A DNA stretch of 64,000 nt from Ignavibacteria bacterium (GTDB lineage: Bacteria; Bacteroidota; Ignavibacteria; Kapaibacteriales; UBA2268). The DNA is taken from assembly GCA_026417135.1 (NCBI GenBank), contig JAOADV010000002.1, positions 72,985 through 136,984 of the forward strand, read 5' to 3'. The notes under the pieces are model-generated. The model had not been told where the DNA came from. It worked only from the letters and a program-made list of their open reading frames with translations, and made no database searches. Below, piece by piece: positions 18,758 through 31,681 of this stretch. Each line of letters opens with the position of its first letter. Within the stretch, counting starts at the first letter, position 1. The translations under genes were made by a program, and so were the position numbers.

Positions 18758-19774
18758 TTAGGAATTTAGAAATTCTAACAATTCGTTAATATTATCTTTA
18801 CTTCCTATGAACAACGGTGTGCGTTGATGTATATCCGTTGGTTCAACATCTAATATATTATCTTTACCGTTTGTTGCCAATCCACCAGCTTGTTCGATTA
18901 CGAAAGCAAGTGGATTTGCTTCATAAAGTAGGCGAAGCTTTCCGTTGGGATTGGAGGAATCTGATGGATACATAAAAATACCACCATAATGAAGTACTCT
19001 GTGGACGTCGGCGACTGCTGTACCAACATAACGGAGAGCATAAGGACGCTTTTTGTCGGGCGAAGGCGTTTTAATAAAATCAATGTATTTGCGAAATTTT
19101 GGGTCCCACTTGTGATAATAACCTTCGTTTACGGAGTATTGGTTATTCCAAGATGGAATCTTCAATTGCCTTTTTGTAAGCAAGAATTCTCCAACTGTTG
19201 GGTCGTAAGTGAAGACATTGACTCCGTGTCCAGTAGTGTAAACCATTACGGTGCTGCTCCCGTAGAGTATATAACCAGCAGCGACAAGTTTTCGCCCCGG
19301 TTGGAGTACATCTGCTTCTGTACCGTCGGTTCTAAGAGACGGGTCTAATCGTTTGTAAAAGCCAAAAATTGTGCCCAAAGTTATATTCACGTCAATATTA
19401 GAAGAACCATCCAGGGGGTCGAATACCAATACATATTTGCCTTTCGGATATCGTTCTGGGATTTTCATTATGCCGTTCGATTCTTCGCAGGCCATAACAC
19501 AAAGATTACCATTATGGTCCATTGCCCGATAAATTACTTCGTATGCATATTGGTCTAATTTTTTAATTGCCTCGCCGTGAATGTTTGTGCTTTCTGTTAA
19601 GCCAAGAATGTCGGTTAAACCAGCGCGTCGTATTTCACGCTCGATAAGCCGAATAGCAAACGTGAAATCGTGAAGTAAAAAAGTGAACTCGCCAGTTGCT
19701 TCTGGATGTAAGTCCTGCTCTTCGTTAATATGTCTATCGATAGTTATTAATTTTGGAGGTGACAACTGTGCCAT
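18758..19774 (-). CDS. fbp: fructose-1,6-bisphosphatase class 1
   Basis: 338 aa. DGSSNIDVNITLGTIFG metal-binding motif. Typical FBPase-I N-terminus. GKLRLLYEANPLAFVIEQAGG region. Confidence 0.9.
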   Translation of the reverse strand: MAQLSPPKLITIDRHINEEQDLHPEATGEFTFLLHDFTFAIRLIEREIRRAGLTDILGLTESTNIHGEAIKKLDQYAYEVIYRAMDHNGNLCVMACEESNGIMKIPERYPKGKYVLVFDPLDGSSNIDVNITLGTIFGFYKRLDPSLRTDGTEADVLQPGRKLVAAGYILYGSSTVMVYTTGHGVNVFTYDPTVGEFLLTKRQLKIPSWNNQYSVNEGYYHKWDPKFRKYIDFIKTPSPDKKRPYALRYVGTAVADVHRVLHYGGIFMYPSDSSNPNGKLRLLYEANPLAFVIEQAGGLATNGKDNILDVEPTDIHQRTPLFIGSKDNINELLEFLNS

Positions 19775-19786
19775 TTTATACCAAAT

Positions 19787-20125
19787 TTATTGAGAATGAT
19801 TTAGCTTCCTTATCATTATCAACAACATCTTAAAATTACTTAGTGCTTTAAGAGAATGAGGAATGTTGGCTGGCATTATAATAGAGTCATCTTCATTTAA
19901 AAGATACTCGTTTGGTCCTATTGTTATTTTTGCCGTACCTTCTAAACAAATAATCAAGGCATCGAATGGTGCAGTATGTTCACTTAAACCTTGCCCTTCC
20001 CAAAAAGAAAAAAGAGTAACATTTCCACCTTCGTTCTTTAATAAGGTACGACTTACAACAGATTCTGGCTGGAACTGAATGATTTCTTTTATATTATTAA
20101 CATTGCCAAATAATTCATTAGTCAT
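19787..20125 (-). CDS. cupin-2 domain small protein
   Basis: 112 aa. Small-barrel cupin pattern (G..SEHTAPF....ICLEGTAKITIG...........MPANIPHSL). Its start overlaps the upstream gene's stop as ATGA. Confidence 0.55.
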   Translation of the reverse strand: MTNELFGNVNNIKEIIQFQPESVVSRTLLKNEGGNVTLFSFWEGQGLSEHTAPFDALIICLEGTAKITIGPNEYLLNEDDSIIMPANIPHSLKALSNFKMLLIMIRKLNHSQ

Positions 20126-20946
20126 TGATTGGCTACCCCTTCGTTTATTCTTTCAAGCAATTTTCGATTGATATCTATTTGTTTTTCGAGAAACTTAATT
20201 TTTTCTTTAAGTTTAATTTTATGTGTTTCAATCCAGGTCTTATCGCTCAGAAGTTTTTCGTAAATGAAAGGCTCTTGGTTTAACATTCGATTTATAGCTC
20301 TTCGCTCAATTCCAATTAAAAGTTTTAACTCTTTGAGTTCTCTTTCCAACTTGTCTAAAATATATTCTTCGACAATTGGTGGCAAGGAATTTTCCATCAA
20401 GATTTTATAGAAGACTTTAATTTTTTGGTAGTTTTTTTCTTTGTATGCATCTTGTAAAGAAATCCAAAACTTGTTGTTGAACTCACTTTCTCCGACTACG
20501 TCGGGATGAAGTTTTTTCACAAGAGCACGGTACATCTGTGAAATCTCTTTTTGCTTACTTGCAGTATTGTCTTCAAGTCCTTGAATGAAGTAGGGGTTAC
20601 CATTTGTAGGTTTTGCATATTCTCTTGTTCTTGTAAAAGCTGCTTTTGAAACAACTTTTTCTATGATGTCGGCAATCTCTTTGGTAATTTGTATGCCACG
20701 ATTTATTTTGGCAAGAAAAAGGTCTAATTTATGTTCCAATGTAATACATAGCTCTACCTTTTGTTCGTATTCTTTTTCTAATTCACCGAAAATCATCTCG
20801 TATTCAAATTCCAGCATTGGTTTAACAACATAACGAAGGTGGTACCACTCTTCGATTAATTGTATAAGGATTTGTTTGGCTTCTTCGATTTTCTCTTGTA
20901 GCAACTTTACTTTAAGAGAAAGAACAATGTCGTTCGTGTTCAACAT
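20122..20946 (-). CDS. J-domain-containing coiled-coil protein
   Basis: MYRALVKKLHPDVVGESEF...FWISLQDAYKEKNYQ matches J-domain helices II/III with the HPD tripeptide. The N-terminal half is predicted coiled coil. Confidence 0.45.
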   Translation of the reverse strand: MLNTNDIVLSLKVKLLQEKIEEAKQILIQLIEEWYHLRYVVKPMLEFEYEMIFGELEKEYEQKVELCITLEHKLDLFLAKINRGIQITKEIADIIEKVVSKAAFTRTREYAKPTNGNPYFIQGLEDNTASKQKEISQMYRALVKKLHPDVVGESEFNNKFWISLQDAYKEKNYQKIKVFYKILMENSLPPIVEEYILDKLERELKELKLLIGIERRAINRMLNQEPFIYEKLLSDKTWIETHKIKLKEKIKFLEKQIDINRKLLERINEGVANQ

Positions 20947-20987
20947 TTTTTTTGAAAATTTTCAAATCAAATTTACAATATTTTAGA

Positions 20988-23081
20988 TTAATAATTAACT
21001 AATTCTTTTTTTCTTGTTCGAGCTATTATCATTTCGGCAATTGCACATAGAATGGCAAGAAAGATAAACAATTTCCATAGCTCTGTTCCTGCGAAGGAGC
21101 GAAAATCGGCTTCCGTTATTTCTTTGGTCTTTTCAATAAACCTGACTTGTGCTTTATGATTTATGCTATTTTTGAAATATTTAATAATTGAATTTTTATC
21201 TGCAAGTTCAAGTTTCGACTCATTTGGGTCAACATTAACAGAAATTGCTCCGACTGGTTTCCCTTTTGAATCTTCAAGTATATAAGGTCCGATTAGAACT
21301 AAGTCGCTGACTTCAATTTGTTTAGCAAAAGGTAGAGTAATTACTTGGATGTTTGTTCGGTTCCCGAGTGGGTCTTCTAATATGAACTGGTTCGTAAATG
21401 TTAAAGATTTAGGTAGATTTATGCTAAGTTTAGTTCCACAACGAACCGAAAAATTTACTTCGCCTACTGCAGTAAGGTAGAATATTGAACGATAAACAAA
21501 AACTGGGAATAGGGAAGTTACTGCAAAATTGCTCCAATCCATCGTCGGAGGGACACTGCAGTATAATATATTTGCCTCGTTGAATTTTAATTCAGAAATT
21601 AACGAACCAGCATTAGTTTGAACTATCGGAATTCCACCGTTCATTGTTAAAAATGAATTAATATTAGGTCGTTCTATCGTTTCTAAGCTAGTATTTTCAG
21701 TAGGGCGAAAAACACCCCAAAAGAGCGGATGGTTCTTATCGAAGAAGGTAATTATTGGCCTATTCTCTGTGGCGAAGGATTTATATTCGAAAGTAACTGG
21801 GAAATTAAGTTGTTTAAGTGAGCGGATTGTGGAGACAACATCGAGTTTTGGGTCGGGGAAAAGCAACATTCCTTTGCCTTGACTTATTGAATTAAGTATT
21901 TTTGCCCAGCCTAAATCGTTAAGGTTAAGTGATTCAATTATCAATGCTTGATATTTTGTAAAATCGAAAGAAGATAATTGATTTGGGTCAATCAAATCAA
22001 GATTGATTTTTTTGCCATTCAAAGAATTTAGAAAAGATGATAAAAAACCCTTTGGATTTTGGCTGATAAGTGCTATGTTCGGAAGTGGGGGGACAACGAA
22101 GGAGTACCACTTTCTGTTGTCATAGTCCAATGCATCGCTTTCAATTTCGAACAAACATTTATAAATTCCCGTTTGCTTGGGAGTTACAAAAATATTAACA
22201 CTTTGATAAGAATTAGGTTGAAGATTTACGGTTCTCTGAGCAGTTCTTTCACCGTTAACTAATAAGCTGAGAACTAAATTTTCGACAGTGCTTTTCGAAG
22301 AGTTGTGCAATCTAACTTCAAATTCAACTGGCTTTTCGGGTTCGAAAATTCTGGTCAGTGGTATAATTGTATCGATGGAAACATTTTTGATATCAATTTT
22401 GGAAGTATATCCAATTTGTATGAGATTTACGTTGGTGTTCTCGTCGAAAAACTTGGTTGAGTCGGAAAACGTTAATAGTGAAGACTTTTGAAAATCGGAA
22501 ACGATAAAAACTTCTTTTGCAAAATTTTTAGATTGGTCGAGAATTTTCTGTGTCTTTCTCAAAGCCTTTTCGAAGGATGAAGGTATAACCGAGATACTTG
22601 TTTTAGCAAGCTTGTCGTTTATTATCGATGGATTCGAAGTGAAATTTTCATCTTGGGACAAATCTGAGGTAAAAATTATTTCGGCTTGGTCTCCCTCTTT
22701 CAAGTTTTCTATTATGGAACGGGCGAAGTTTTTTGCCTGTCGAAATCGATTTCCATATTCGTCGGAAATGTCCATCGATATTGAATTATCAATAATTATT
22801 ACACTCGAAATATTTGAATAGTTCCTTAAAAAAGGTATTTCACTTTGAATTACGGGACGCGAAAAAGCTAATATCAAAAAAACAATCACTAAGGTTCTTA
22901 ATATCAAAAGCAAAATTTGCTTTAGTTTTAGACGACGAACTTCTGACTTTTGAAGTTCTTTGAGAAATCGAAGTGTAGAGAATTCTATTAATTTGTTTTT
23001 TCTGATGATTAGTAGATGAATTATAATTGGGATTGCAGCAGCAATCAGCCCAAATAAATATAAAGGATTAAGAAAATGCAT
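20988..23081 (-). CDS. BatA-N (aerotolerance regulator N-terminal, double-TM) domain membrane protein, 697 aa
   Basis: N-terminus MHFLNPLYLFGLIAAAIPIIIHLLIIRKNK...FSTLRFL matches the BatA_N / TIGR02226 two-TM anchor. C-terminal TM LWKLFIFLAILCAIAEMIIA. A large uncharacterised middle region. Confidence 0.55.
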   Translation of the reverse strand: MHFLNPLYLFGLIAAAIPIIIHLLIIRKNKLIEFSTLRFLKELQKSEVRRLKLKQILLLILRTLVIVFLILAFSRPVIQSEIPFLRNYSNISSVIIIDNSISMDISDEYGNRFRQAKNFARSIIENLKEGDQAEIIFTSDLSQDENFTSNPSIINDKLAKTSISVIPSSFEKALRKTQKILDQSKNFAKEVFIVSDFQKSSLLTFSDSTKFFDENTNVNLIQIGYTSKIDIKNVSIDTIIPLTRIFEPEKPVEFEVRLHNSSKSTVENLVLSLLVNGERTAQRTVNLQPNSYQSVNIFVTPKQTGIYKCLFEIESDALDYDNRKWYSFVVPPLPNIALISQNPKGFLSSFLNSLNGKKINLDLIDPNQLSSFDFTKYQALIIESLNLNDLGWAKILNSISQGKGMLLFPDPKLDVVSTIRSLKQLNFPVTFEYKSFATENRPIITFFDKNHPLFWGVFRPTENTSLETIERPNINSFLTMNGGIPIVQTNAGSLISELKFNEANILYCSVPPTMDWSNFAVTSLFPVFVYRSIFYLTAVGEVNFSVRCGTKLSINLPKSLTFTNQFILEDPLGNRTNIQVITLPFAKQIEVSDLVLIGPYILEDSKGKPVGAISVNVDPNESKLELADKNSIIKYFKNSINHKAQVRFIEKTKEITEADFRSFAGTELWKLFIFLAILCAIAEMIIARTRKKELVNY

Positions 23082-23135
23082 TCTTTCCTTAGAAAATAAA
23101 AAGGTAGAGACGAATAGAAGATAAATTATGATAAT

Positions 23136-23621
23136 TTAGTCTTCTTTGAAAAAGAATTCGCTTAGGTCATCAAATCGAATATTTACAACAATCCACCCAA
23201 GTTTTGGGGATTGGTAGAATGTGAAGACCCAGCGCATTGGAAAATCGGTATGGTATGCCAAGTAACGAACTCGTATAAATGATTCAGAAACTATGTCTGA
23301 GTTTATGGGCTCATAGGATTTGATTGGACCATAGATTAAATTTGCTCTTTTGGTTTCGTTCATAAGTTTTTGGAGTTCCTCTGTTTTCTTTTTTAAAGGA
23401 CTTTTATCAATTAAATTATCGAAGGCTTGTTCGACTTTGTTCGCAATGATTGTGTCGAAGAAAGCTGAAATTTTATCTAAAACTTGTTTAGGAACACCTA
23501 ATATAGCAACTTTACCTGCGTTAGCATTGTTATCCGAAAGTGGGAGTTTCCCTTCTTGGGCAAATATTTTAAAATGGCAAAATACAAAAATAAAAACAAG
23601 AAGCTTAGAAAATTTTAACAT
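23136..23621 (-). CDS. hypothetical exported protein
   Basis: Signal peptide MLKFSKLLVFIFVFCHFKIFAQ begins at an internal Met. The track start at 23687 would overlap the PduO gene. No motifs recognised. Confidence 0.35.
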   Translation of the reverse strand: MLKFSKLLVFIFVFCHFKIFAQEGKLPLSDNNANAGKVAILGVPKQVLDKISAFFDTIIANKVEQAFDNLIDKSPLKKKTEELQKLMNETKRANLIYGPIKSYEPINSDIVSESFIRVRYLAYHTDFPMRWVFTFYQSPKLGWIVVNIRFDDLSEFFFKED

Positions 23622-23664
23622 AATAGGGAATATATTTTTTGAAAAAAACAATTTAACATTTTTT

Positions 23665-24207
23665 TTATTTCCAAATAACATCTGCAACTCCTTTAATATA
23701 GTTTATATACCTTGCAAGAACAAAAAGGAAGTCGGAAAGACGATTTAGAACGACGATTATGTTTTCGTTTATTTCAGATTTGTTAAAAAGTTCTACAATC
23801 TTTCTTTCTGAACGACGACAAACAGTACGAGCTATGTGAATATATGCGGATTCGAAAGAACCACCGGGCAAAATAAAATTGCTCAGTTCGGGAACATGGT
23901 CCGAATATTTGTCTATTAGCTTTTCTAAGTATAGTATATCATCCTTATCTACTCGCTTAAAGTTTTTTGGGATTTTACTGGTTAATGGTGTTGCTAAATC
24001 AGTTCCAATTCTAAATAATAAGTAAGAAATGTCTGTTAGAACTTTTTTTTCATTGTCTGGTATGTTTAAAGTTGTCAATAATCCAATGTATGAATTTAAT
24101 TCATCGATTGTTCCGTAAGATTCTACTCTTGGGTCACTTTTAAGCACTTTCGTGCCATCGAACAAACTTGTTTCGCCCTTATCGCCTGTTTTTGTATAAA
24201 TTTTCAT
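23665..24207 (-). CDS. pduO: ATP:cob(I)alamin adenosyltransferase, PduO-type (MMAB family)
   Basis: N-terminus MKIYTKTGDKGETSLFDGTKVLKSDPRVESYGTIDELNSYIGL is the canonical PduO-type signature. 180 aa. Confidence 0.85.
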   Translation of the reverse strand: MKIYTKTGDKGETSLFDGTKVLKSDPRVESYGTIDELNSYIGLLTTLNIPDNEKKVLTDISYLLFRIGTDLATPLTSKIPKNFKRVDKDDILYLEKLIDKYSDHVPELSNFILPGGSFESAYIHIARTVCRRSERKIVELFNKSEINENIIVVLNRLSDFLFVLARYINYIKGVADVIWK

Positions 24208-24288
24208 ATGAACCTCAAAAAAACTTAATTCATAAAATTGTATTTTTGAACTTTTTACAATTTCAATTTACAATTGGAGAAGGAATTT

Positions 24289-25089
24289 GTGAAAGTTTTA
24301 TTTATTGGAGATATATTTGGAGATTCGGGTTTACTTGCGGTAGAAAACTATTTTCCTATTTATCTCGAAAGGTATAAACCTAATTTTGTCATTGGGAATG
24401 CGGAAAATGCTGCTGGTGGTAAAGGTGTAACCGAAGATATTGCTGAAAAATTATTCGAGCTTGGATTTGATGTGTTAACCACTGGTAATCATATTTGGGA
24501 TAATTGGAAATCGAGACCGCTAATAGCAAAGGAGAAAAGAATTCTTCGTCCATTAAACTATCCGCCAGGCAATCCGGGGCTTGGATACTCGGTTTTTGAT
24601 GTTCCGGATACCAGTTATAAAATCGGGGTGATTAATATTCAAGGTCGTACTTTTATGGAAGCCATTGATTGCCCTTTCCGTGCGGCAGAAAAGGCTCTTA
24701 CCGACATCTCCACGAAAACAAATCTTGTGGTAATTGATTTTCATGCTGATGCTACTGCCGAAAAAATTGCTCTGGCAAATTATTTCGATGGAAAAGTCAG
24801 CGCAATCATTGGAACACACACGCATATACAAACTTCCGATGAAAGGATATTACCCAAAGGGACTGGATATATTACCGATGTTGGAATGACGGGTCCGTAT
24901 GCTTCTGTTGTTGGTTTAAAAGTAGACATTGCTATTAAAAGATTTATTCTTCAAACCCCTCATAAGTTTGAACAAGCTTACGGGGATGAACATTTGGCTG
25001 GTTTATATCTTGAATTGGATGTCGAAACGGGTTTATGTCGAAAAGTTGAAAGATTTTTCCATCCAGAGTTTCCAAAATACTTTGTGTAA
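24289..25089 (+). CDS. ymdB: YmdB-like metallophosphoesterase (2',3'-cyclic-nucleotide phosphodiesterase family, TIGR00282)
   Basis: (V)KVLFIGDIFGDSG...GNAENAAGGKG...TTGNHIWD...DFHADATAEK. The probable true start is GTG at 24289, preceded by GGAGAAGGAA. The track start is TTG at 24274. Confidence 0.8.
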   Translation: MKVLFIGDIFGDSGLLAVENYFPIYLERYKPNFVIGNAENAAGGKGVTEDIAEKLFELGFDVLTTGNHIWDNWKSRPLIAKEKRILRPLNYPPGNPGLGYSVFDVPDTSYKIGVINIQGRTFMEAIDCPFRAAEKALTDISTKTNLVVIDFHADATAEKIALANYFDGKVSAIIGTHTHIQTSDERILPKGTGYITDVGMTGPYASVVGLKVDIAIKRFILQTPHKFEQAYGDEHLAGLYLELDVETGLCRKVERFFHPEFPKYFV

Positions 25090-25093
25090 AAAT

Positions 25094-26134
25094 ATGAAAA
25101 GGACTCGCGACTTTTTACGAATTGGTATTGTTGGGGCAACTGGACTTGTCGGAAGAACCTTACTCAAAGTACTCGAAGAGAGAGAGTTACCGATTTCATC
25201 GATAAAACTTTTTGCAACGCAAAGAAGCCAAGGAGTAAAGTTGAAATTTAAAGGGAGTGAACAAGTAGTAGAATCTGTTGATAAAGCTAATTTTAGGGAT
25301 TTTGATGTAGTTTTTTTCTCGGCTGGAAAAGACGCAAGTAGTAAGCTTGTTCCTCTTGCTATCGGTAAAGGTTGCTTAGTAATTGATAATGGTAGCTTTT
25401 GGCGTTTACGATATGATGTACCTCTTGTTGTTCCAGAAGTTAATTTCGAAGATGCGTTGAAACACAAAGGATTGATTGCAAATCCAAATTGCTCAACTAT
25501 ACAGCTGGTTGTTGCATTAAAACCTATTTTAGATAACTTTGGAATTAAGAAAGTAGAAGTCTCTACTTATCAAGCAATTAGTGGAGCTGGGTATAAAGGA
25601 CTTGAAAAATTGCTATATGAAATTAGAACAAACGAAGTAAATCCTATTATCTCAAATCATCCGATTGCTTTTAATATTTTGTTTCACAGCATCCCCTCGA
25701 AGTACGAATTTTCGGAGGAGGAAGTGAAAATAGTAAATGAAACCCGTAAGATTCTACACAAAAAAGATTTTAGAATTTGTGCTACTTGTGTTAGAATTCC
25801 AGTTACTTATGGTCATTGTGAATCGGTTTCAGTTGTTACTCGATTTCCTTTTGAACTTGATAAATTAGTCGAAACTATGGTGAAAGCTCCCGGAATAAAA
25901 GTAGTTGATGAACCAGAGAAAGAGCTTTATCCAACTCCGAGATTAGCCGAAGGGACTGATTTTGTTTATGTTGGCAGAATTAGAAAAAATCCAGTCGAAA
26001 AAAATGGGTTTTTAATGTGGGTTGTTGCCGACAATGTCCGAAAAGGGGCAGCTTCGAATGCAGTACAAATTCTTGAAAATCTATGGAACAGATCTCCCGA
26101 TAAGATATTCAAATTTAAAGGAATGTTTCGATAG
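25094..26134 (+). CDS. asd: aspartate-semialdehyde dehydrogenase
   Basis: MKRTRDFLRIGIVGATGLVGRTLL Rossmann motif. Active site IANPNCSTI. The track ORF starts at 24929 and overlaps ymdB by 160 nt. The ATG at 25094 gives a 347-aa protein beginning 5 nt after the ymdB stop. Confidence 0.9.
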   Translation: MKRTRDFLRIGIVGATGLVGRTLLKVLEERELPISSIKLFATQRSQGVKLKFKGSEQVVESVDKANFRDFDVVFFSAGKDASSKLVPLAIGKGCLVIDNGSFWRLRYDVPLVVPEVNFEDALKHKGLIANPNCSTIQLVVALKPILDNFGIKKVEVSTYQAISGAGYKGLEKLLYEIRTNEVNPIISNHPIAFNILFHSIPSKYEFSEEEVKIVNETRKILHKKDFRICATCVRIPVTYGHCESVSVVTRFPFELDKLVETMVKAPGIKVVDEPEKELYPTPRLAEGTDFVYVGRIRKNPVEKNGFLMWVVADNVRKGAASNAVQILENLWNRSPDKIFKFKGMFR

Positions 26135-26554
26135 TTAAGGACGGTTTAATACCGTTTCCCAAGTAATTTCGCACCCAGCTGCTTTAAACATTGCCGAGGC
26201 AGAGCAGTATTTTGTTTGCGAGAGTTCAACAGCTCGATTTAGGTCACTTAATTCTGCATCTGGACTTACAAGTTCATATATTAAATGGGCTTTCGAAAAA
26301 ACCATTGGATGTTCTTTTTTTCTCTCTGCTTCGATTTTTATTTTAAATTGTTCTATGGTTTTCCTTTTTTTGCGTAGAATACTAATTGTATCCATAAAAG
26401 TGCAAGCTCCCATTGCCATTAGGAAGACTTCCATAGGCTTGGGGGCGCTATTTTCACCGCCAAGTTCTTCGCTAGTATCAAAATAAACTTCCATTTCTTG
26501 CTTATTTTTCCCGATTATTCGCATATTTCTTTCAAGTTCAAGTGTTACTTTCAT
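26135..26554 (-). CDS. OsmC/Ohr-family peroxiredoxin-like protein
   Basis: MKVTLELE...EELGGENSAPKPMEVFLMAMGACTFMD...KYCSASAMFKAAG. OsmC fold with both conserved Cys. Start trimmed to the internal Met to limit overlap with the upstream ORF. Confidence 0.75.
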   Translation of the reverse strand: MKVTLELERNMRIIGKNKQEMEVYFDTSEELGGENSAPKPMEVFLMAMGACTFMDTISILRKKRKTIEQFKIKIEAERKKEHPMVFSKAHLIYELVSPDAELSDLNRAVELSQTKYCSASAMFKAAGCEITWETVLNRP

Positions 26555-26852
26555 TGTTCTCCTCGTTTTTTGAAACATAAATTTCTATTGGTTGCAAGGA
26601 GTTTGTTTCGAGTTCCTTTTCGATTATTTCACGCAAGCGTGGTTTGATGTAGATTTTATTCAAATAGTCTCGGGCCACATTTGCGAGAACTTTAAAATGA
26701 ATTTCAGTGGGCATATTCTTATTTAAAACAATCAGTTTTTCACTGAACAGAATACAAGCGCCACCTTCGAAATTTCCACTATCTTTTCGGATTTTGAATC
26801 CTAAGCTTTTTAGCAATTCAACTAATTCTTCAAGAATTTTCTTCTTTTGCAT
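26538..26852 (-). CDS. hypothetical protein (104 aa)
   Basis: Open frame with coding-like composition, packed between the membrane-protein gene and osmC. Contains GNFEGGACILFSEKLIVLNKNMPTE. No family recognised. Confidence 0.3.
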   Translation of the reverse strand: MQKKKILEELVELLKSLGFKIRKDSGNFEGGACILFSEKLIVLNKNMPTEIHFKVLANVARDYLNKIYIKPRLREIIEKELETNSLQPIEIYVSKNEENNESNT

Positions 26853-27375
26853 CGGAAATCCTTTTTAAAGGTCTGAATATTGACAGAAAAATTATTGTTA
26901 TTATTGCGAACCAATTATATACAAAAAGAAAACTATAATCTTTGAAACGTTTGAAAAAAAACAATTGAATTTCTTTCGATTGAAAGCTAAGTTGATTTGA
27001 GAAAAAAACATAGGTCGCTAACTTTATGTCGAAATAAGTTAAAATTGATTCGGAAATCGATGCAAGAAAGAATAAAATATACGACATAAGTAGCCAGCCT
27101 TCTTTTCTAAAATGAGATTTTGCTGTTGGCAGTAAAATTATTGATGAAATAAACGCAATAAGAAAGCCAATTTGAGTGTAAAGTGCACCTGCCGTAAAAT
27201 ATCGAACGTTTAACAATGCATCTCTTTCAGTTAATCCTTCGATAAGCTTTAATTCAACATCTGTTTTGAAAATGTCGTATGCAACCGCAGCACGAACTAA
27301 TGAACCTCCGAGCCAAAGTGCCAAACCAATTTTCAAAAGGCTTAACAACAACTTTTGGTAAAACTTCAATTGCAT
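26830..27375 (-). CDS. hypothetical integral membrane protein (~5 TM)
   Basis: 181 aa with about five hydrophobic segments. Lies directly downstream of ligA with a 12-nt gap. Confidence 0.35.
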   Translation of the reverse strand: MQLKFYQKLLLSLLKIGLALWLGGSLVRAAVAYDIFKTDVELKLIEGLTERDALLNVRYFTAGALYTQIGFLIAFISSIILLPTAKSHFRKEGWLLMSYILFFLASISESILTYFDIKLATYVFFSNQLSFQSKEIQLFFFKRFKDYSFLFVYNWFAIITIIFLSIFRPLKRISDAKEENS

Positions 27376-27386
27376 AAATAAACCAA

Positions 27387-31590
<4,204 letters not shown>

Positions 31591-31681
31591 AAATGTAATT
31601 AATAAGTAAAACCCAAATTAACAAAATTGCAAAATCCTTTTATAATTACTTAATTTTGAATTTTAGAACTAAAAATGGTTT

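Noticed and set aside
18669-18780. Rho-independent terminator between convergent M4 protease and fbp
   Set aside because: Only weak, AT-rich imperfect inverted repeats (e.g. GTTAGGAATTTagAAATTCTAAC overlapping the fbp stop) with no GC-rich stem or clear U-tract. At best a weak bidirectional terminator.
20988-23081. Reading the solitary BatA-N protein as evidence of a complete Bat aerotolerance operon
   Set aside because: No batB (vWA), batC (TPR), batD or batE homologs are adjacent. Only the N-terminal anchor domain is recognisable.
24208-24273. Cobalamin riboswitch upstream of the PduO-type adenosyltransferase
   Set aside because: Only ~66 nt of intergenic DNA, which is too short for a B12 element, and no conserved B12-box was seen.
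24929-25093. N-terminal 55-aa extension of asd in the ORF track, overlapping ymdB by 160 nt
   Set aside because: The conserved Asd N-terminus (Rossmann GIVGATGLVG) begins at the ATG at 25094, 5 nt after the ymdB stop. The extension has no homology and would create a long same-strand overlap.
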